Shown here: in pieces, positions 55,916 to 64,000 of the stretch
How the letters are laid out: each line of letters starts with the position of its first letter
Numbering within the stretch: the stretch's first letter is position 1
Assembly (NCBI RefSeq): GCF_009914755.1
Contig: NC_060944.1
Length of the DNA stretch: 64,000 bases
Origin: the human T2T-CHM13v2.0 reference genome, Homo sapiens
Strand: one strand, 5' to 3'
Position numbers and translations under genes: made by a program
The notes under the pieces: generated by a model
Told to the model about the DNA's origin: nothing
What the model saw: the letters and a program-made list of their open reading frames with translations, nothing else
The model's database searches: none

Positions 55916-56850
55916 AGGCACTCAAATATTTGAGCTTTGCTATTTTGATTATAAAAAGTAAAGTTTGATTTTATAACTAAAAAAATTACTAAATTATCCA
56001 AATGCACACAGCACTAAATAAGTGGTGGTTGACCGATTATGTGTGCTCCACTGGGAATACTGCTTGATTGTGTGATAAAATAGGAAAATTTGCAAAAGGA
56101 TGTGAAATTTTATAGAAAATTAAAATAAGCATATAGAGAACATGCATGTGCAACTGTGGCAGAGTGGAGTGGACGGTTGCATTGTATAACACCTTGTAAT
56201 GACGACAGACATCACATGGACATATACGTGTTCATATAGATCATTAGTTTCTATATTTCTATAGAGACTTAATCTTTCAGTACGGTGCTTGGCTGAGTCT
56301 CTGGGCCCATAACTTTCTCTTTTATTCTGTACAGTTTCTCTTTTTTTCCATTTTATAGATAAAATTTCATTTGGGAAGGTGGTTTTGTGGCTAATACAAT
56401 ACTAAATTTCGCGGTAGAAATTAGCATTTTAATTTTCAAAAAATTCTAAGTCAAGGCAAAACAGTATGTTTTAAAGCTTTTTTTTTTTTCCAGTAATGAA
56501 CAAGTAAGTAACAGTGGTAGTGGGCTGCTAACCCTCTATACTCTCTTGATTAGTCCATTTTTTAACCAGTGGCATCCCTTTTCAGAGGGGAAATGCAACT
56601 GAAATTCTTATGAAGTTGCTATATTTCTTCCTAGTGAAGCTGACTATAAATGTTTCAGTCATAACCTTGTATTATGACTGTATAGGCCAAAAGTCTTCTC
56701 ATAGGATGGGTAACCAACATCGTTAGAATGTAACAGACTCTTGCATGCTTTGTTGATGCTCTTCTAGAAAGGTAATTTTTAGTACTAATATCTGAATCAT
56801 AGGACTAACATTGTCATGAATTTAGAAAAATTTTTAAGAACTTAAGAAAA

Positions 56851-59795
<2,945 letters not shown>

Positions 59796-60946
59796 AATGA
59801 TAAAATAACTAATCCAACAGGAAAATATCACAATCCTAAAAATATATACACCTAACACTGGCGCTCCCAAATTTATAAAACAATTACTGCTAAACCTGAG
59901 AAATGAGAGGGACAGCAACACAATAATAGTGAGGGATTTTAATACTCCACTAACAGCACTGGACACATCATCAAGACAGAAAGTCAGCAAAGAAACAATG
60001 AACTTAAACTATACCCTAGAACAAATGGACTTAACAGATATTTACAAAACATTCTACCCAACAACCACAGAATATACATTCCATTAATCAGCACATGGTA
60101 CATTCTCTAAGATAGACCATATGATAGGCCACAAAACAAGTATCAACAAATTTAATAAAGTAGAAATTATATCAAATAGTCTCTCAGACCACAGTGGAAT
60201 AAAATTGGAAATAACTCCAAAAGGAACCCTCAAAACCATGCAAATACATGGAAATTAAATAACCCACTCCTGAATGATTGCTGGGTCAACAATGAAATCA
60301 AGATGAAAGTTTAAACATTCTTTGAACTGAATGATAATAGCGACATAACTTACCAAAGCCTCTGGGATACAGCAAAAGCAGTGTTAAGAGGAAAGTTCAT
60401 AGCATTAAATGCCTACATTAAAAAGTCTGAAAGAGCACAAATAGACAATCTAAGGTCACACCTCAAGAAACTAGAGAAACAAGAAAAAAACAAACCCAAA
60501 CCCAGCAGGAGAAAGAAATAACAAAAGATCAGAGCAGAACTAAATGAAATTGAAATAAAAAAAGCAAAAGATAAATGAAACAAAAACTGGTTCTTTGAAA
60601 AGATAAATGAAATTGATAGGCCATTAGCAAGATTAACTAGGAAAAGAGAGAAGATCCAAATAAGCTCAATTAGAAATGAAACAGGAGATATTACAACCGA
60701 TACCACAGAAATACAAAAGGTAATTCAAGGCTACTATGAACACCTTTACGTGCATAAACTAGAAAACCTAGAGGAGATAGATACATTCCTGGAAATATAC
60801 AACCCTCCTAGATTAAACCAAGAAGAAATAGAAACTGAACAGATCAAAAACAGTGAGATTGAAACGGTAATTTAAAAGTTACCAACAAAAAAATAAGTCC
60901 AGGACCAGACAGATTCACAGCTGAATTCTACCAGACATTCAAAGAA
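59796..60946 (+). mobile_element. Inverted 5' segment of the same L1PB (ORF2 endonuclease to Z domain)
   Basis: Sense L1: tccaacaggaaaatatcacaatcctaa...tctcagaccacagtggaataaaa...ggaccagacagattcacagctgaattctaccagacattcaaagaa. Confidence 0.93.
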
Positions 60947-61145
60947 CTTTTGATTGAGCATCAATTCAAATTTTGCATAAAACCCAATTTGTTAAACAAA
61001 TAAGCAATAAATCTAGATTTTTCTGGCTGAAGTAGGATTGGAGACCTGGACATCTTACATATTTGACTTCTCTACCATTTTCTGCAACAGCCCCCAGGGA
61101 ATCAAAACATAACCCCAGAGACCACATAAAGATACTGATTTGGAG

Positions 61146-61353
61146 CCGTGCTTCTCAACTAGGAACACTTTTGTTTCCCAGAGGACACCTGGCAATGTCT
61201 GGAGACATTTTTTATTGCACAGAGGTGCAACTATGGCATCTAGTGGGTAGAGGCCAGAGATGCTGTTAAACATCCTGCAATGAATGGGACAGCCCCTACA
61301 ACAAATAATCACTGGGCTCAAAATACCAATAGTGCCAAGGTTGTGAAACCCTG
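61146..61353. mobile_element. MER20 hAT-Charlie MITE
   Basis: gtgcttctcaactagg...ggcaatgtctggagacatttt...ggcatctagtgggtagaggccagagatgctg...gttgtgaaaccctg. Confidence 0.92.
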
Positions 61354-62221
61354 ATATGAAGAAAGATTTGGAAAGATAAAACACTTAGGTATATTTTGTT
61401 CCATCTCTGAGGCCGAGTTACTCAAAATGCGCTTAAATATTTTATTATATAAGGTGAAGATATACAGCTTGTCTCTGATAGTTACATAACTGAGCAGCTG
61501 CTTCTAGCGTTGCTATTCTGCCTTTACCTATGTACCTAGAACTAATTAGAAAGAACAGTTTAAAGTGTCTCCTTAGTGTCCTCGATTGGATCTTCACATA
61601 CTTGGTCTTTGTTTTGCTCCCCTAGCCAGGGGTCAGAAGTGTCAACTTCATCACACTGGTCTTTAAAATAAAAAGAAAAATATCGACCATTTTCTGAATA
61701 TATCAATGCAATTATGAGCCAAATTCCTATCTGCTACTAAACCCATGCTATAGCTAATAAAAGGAAGAAGCCAAAATTCTTCAATGAGAGTGTTTTTCCC
61801 AGAGGTGAAGAATAATACCCGTCTGCCTACAGGACAATGATTATATGTTCATCATTTAGCATAGCAGGTCTAAGTAAACATTTCCATCAGATTTCATTGT
61901 TATGAAAAACAATCTACTCCACTACACAGTATATTAAGCACCAATCAATGAAAACCAAGGGAACAGATTATTAACACTTTTTCAGTACAAAAAGCAATCC
62001 AGGCTGCTTGCCACTATCACATACTGCTTTTAATAGGAATAGTTTTTAAACTCATCATATTGGAATTTGGCTAATTAGAAAGCTAATTTGTAATGACACC
62101 TTTCAGTCCAAAGATACAATGGCATAGGCAAGTTTTCATGCTTAGAGTGGCCTGATCTTTAAAAATATGAACCTTTTCAAGTCCTGATTCTGCAAATATA
62201 ATTCACTCACCCGATTAAAAG

Positions 62222-62905
62222 TTCATTCAATTTGTTATTGCTTCAAAGAAACTATCCCAACCCCAGTAGCTTAAAACAACAATTATACTTAGTGCATGAT
62301 TCAATGAGTCAGCAAGTTAAGCTAGACCCACCTGAAAGGTTATTTACCCTTATGAATATGCAGTCAATAGTAGATTAACTAGGTGGCTTTGCTTTTTACA
62401 GTTAGCTAGCTGTTGGCTGGTATACAACGGGGACAATTGAGTTCCACTACCAACCTATCCCTGGTTTGTTTACTTAGAGAGCCAGGGGTACCAAAAGAGA
62501 GCAGAAGCATGCAAGACCTCTTCTGGTTTTTTTCTCAGAACTGGTACAAAATTGCTTTGGTCACATTCTATAAAGTAAGTTAAAGGCTAGCCCAGATTCA
62601 AGGGATGGAGAAATATACAATGGTGACAACTGAGTTCCACTACCAACCTATCCCTGGTTTGTTTACTTAGAGAGCCAGGGGTACCAAAAGAGAGCAGAAG
62701 CATGCAAGACCTCTTCTGGTTTTTTTCTCAGAACAGGTACAAAATTGCTTTGGTCACATTCTATAAAGTAAGTTAAATGCTAGCCCAGATTCAAGGGATG
62801 GAGAAATAGGTTCTACCACTTAATGGGAGGAACTGCAACGTCACATTACAAAGTGTGGGGGTATAAAGCCAAGCAGAGAATTGAGGCTATTTTGGTGAAC
62901 AATAC
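62222..62905 (-). mobile_element. MLT1-type MaLR LTR containing a 193 bp duplication
   Basis: cagtagcttaaaacaac...aggctagcccagattcaagggatggagaaata...ttaatgggaggaactgcaacgtcacatt. Confidence 0.8.
62421..62808. repeat. Tandem duplication, 193 bp x2, about 97% identical
   Basis: Copies start at 62421 and 62614; five mismatches by eye. Confidence 0.95.
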
Positions 62906-63307
62906 ACCACACTCATCCAGCACGCTGCTGTCACCTTTATTTTCACGAGATCTGGCTTCCCTGTGGTGATTAACATAAAGACAATGTAACACAATCCAGA
63001 AACGCCTGGGCATTAATGCCCAGTGGAGCAAATGTGAAGTAATGGGAGACAGAATATGTAAAGTGGCTGGCAGATAAATATTTTTCTCGTCTCCTTCTTT
63101 GACAACCTGTTTTAAGATTCTGTGTCTCTTTTAGGTTCTTCTAGAAGACATCTGCTATAACCCAGCTACCACATTTTTTGGGGAGGCTACCACATTTTTA
63201 AAAAATCTTTGGAATGCTCCTCCTTGTATTTTTTTTCACTTTCCTTGCCTCTGTTTTCCTTTTTTTTTCATTCTCATCGCACTTGCACTCCCCAATAGAG
63301 CATGGAA

Positions 63308-63790
63308 AGGTTAGTTTTTGCTACATAACAAAATACCCCAAAGCTTAGTGGCTTAAAATAACATGGATTTATTAGGCCACAATGCTATAACTTGGCTATT
63401 CGGGCTGTGCTCAGCTGGACAGTTCTTCTAGTCTCTGCTTGACTCACTCATACAACTATACCAAGTTACTAGATTGGCTAAGTTTTGGCTAGTATAGGAC
63501 ACATGGCCCATTACTGCTCCACATGAACTCATCCCCAAGTAGGCTAGCCCAGGTTTGTTCTATGGCAGCTGAGCAGGGTCCCAAGAAAATAAGTGAAGCC
63601 ATGCTAAGCTTCAAACAACCACATGATCACTTTCATCTCATTCCATTGGGCAAACTTCATCACAAGGCTATCCCAGACTCCAGGGTTGGGGAAATAGATT
63701 CCATCCCTTAATGAGGGGACTTACAGAGATACATTGCAAATGTACATATATAGAGGGGAACAGAGAATTGAAGACATTTTTCCAATCCTC
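63308..63790 (-). mobile_element. MLT1-type MaLR LTR
   Basis: ataacaaaataccccaaagcttagtggcttaaaataac...aggctagcccaggtttgttc...ggaaatagattccatccctt. Confidence 0.78.
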
Positions 63791-64000
63791 TTCAAAGAAT
63801 AAGCACGTACATTTTGCCTTAGGGTTTATTTTCTATAAGACTCAGGCTATGACAGTGTCTATTGCACAAATATCTTAAAAAACATCAACACCCTTGAGTA
63901 GGCTTAATAATTTTTACTGTATAATCATTGTTAAACTAGCATTAGTTAAAGTAAACAAAGTATTACACAGTCTTGTCATCTCCACAGTATAAACTATCCA

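Overview
Primate (very probably human or ape; it contains an AluY) non-coding genomic DNA, either intergenic or deep intronic and mostly made of transposon fossils. I count about 17 Alu/FLAM copies, many L1 fragments (L1PB, L1PA, L1MA, L1M/ME, HAL1-like), L2 and MIR relics, MaLR/ERVL/ERV1 solo LTRs (THE1, MST, MLT1, MLT2A, LTR16/33-like, MER34-like) and DNA transposons (a near full-length Tigger1, MER5, MER58, MER20, MER63, MER3/33 and a Charlie-type hAT transposase relic). I can support no host protein-coding exon, RNA gene or CRISPR-like array: the recognisable ORFs in the track are repeat-derived and the rest look like chance ORFs. I found no new biological system. The best observations are: (1) a ~200 bp poly(A)-tailed fragment resembling the SUMO2 mRNA 3' end, inserted into Tigger1 with loss of Tigger1 sequence; (2) a 5'-inverted (twin-primed) L1PB with a 44 bp overlap at the inversion; (3) a young 193 bp tandem duplication; (4) several templated-insertion repair scars; (5) deeply nested transposon stacks. 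Family names come from recalled consensus sequences, not from a search, so subfamily calls and boundaries are approximate.
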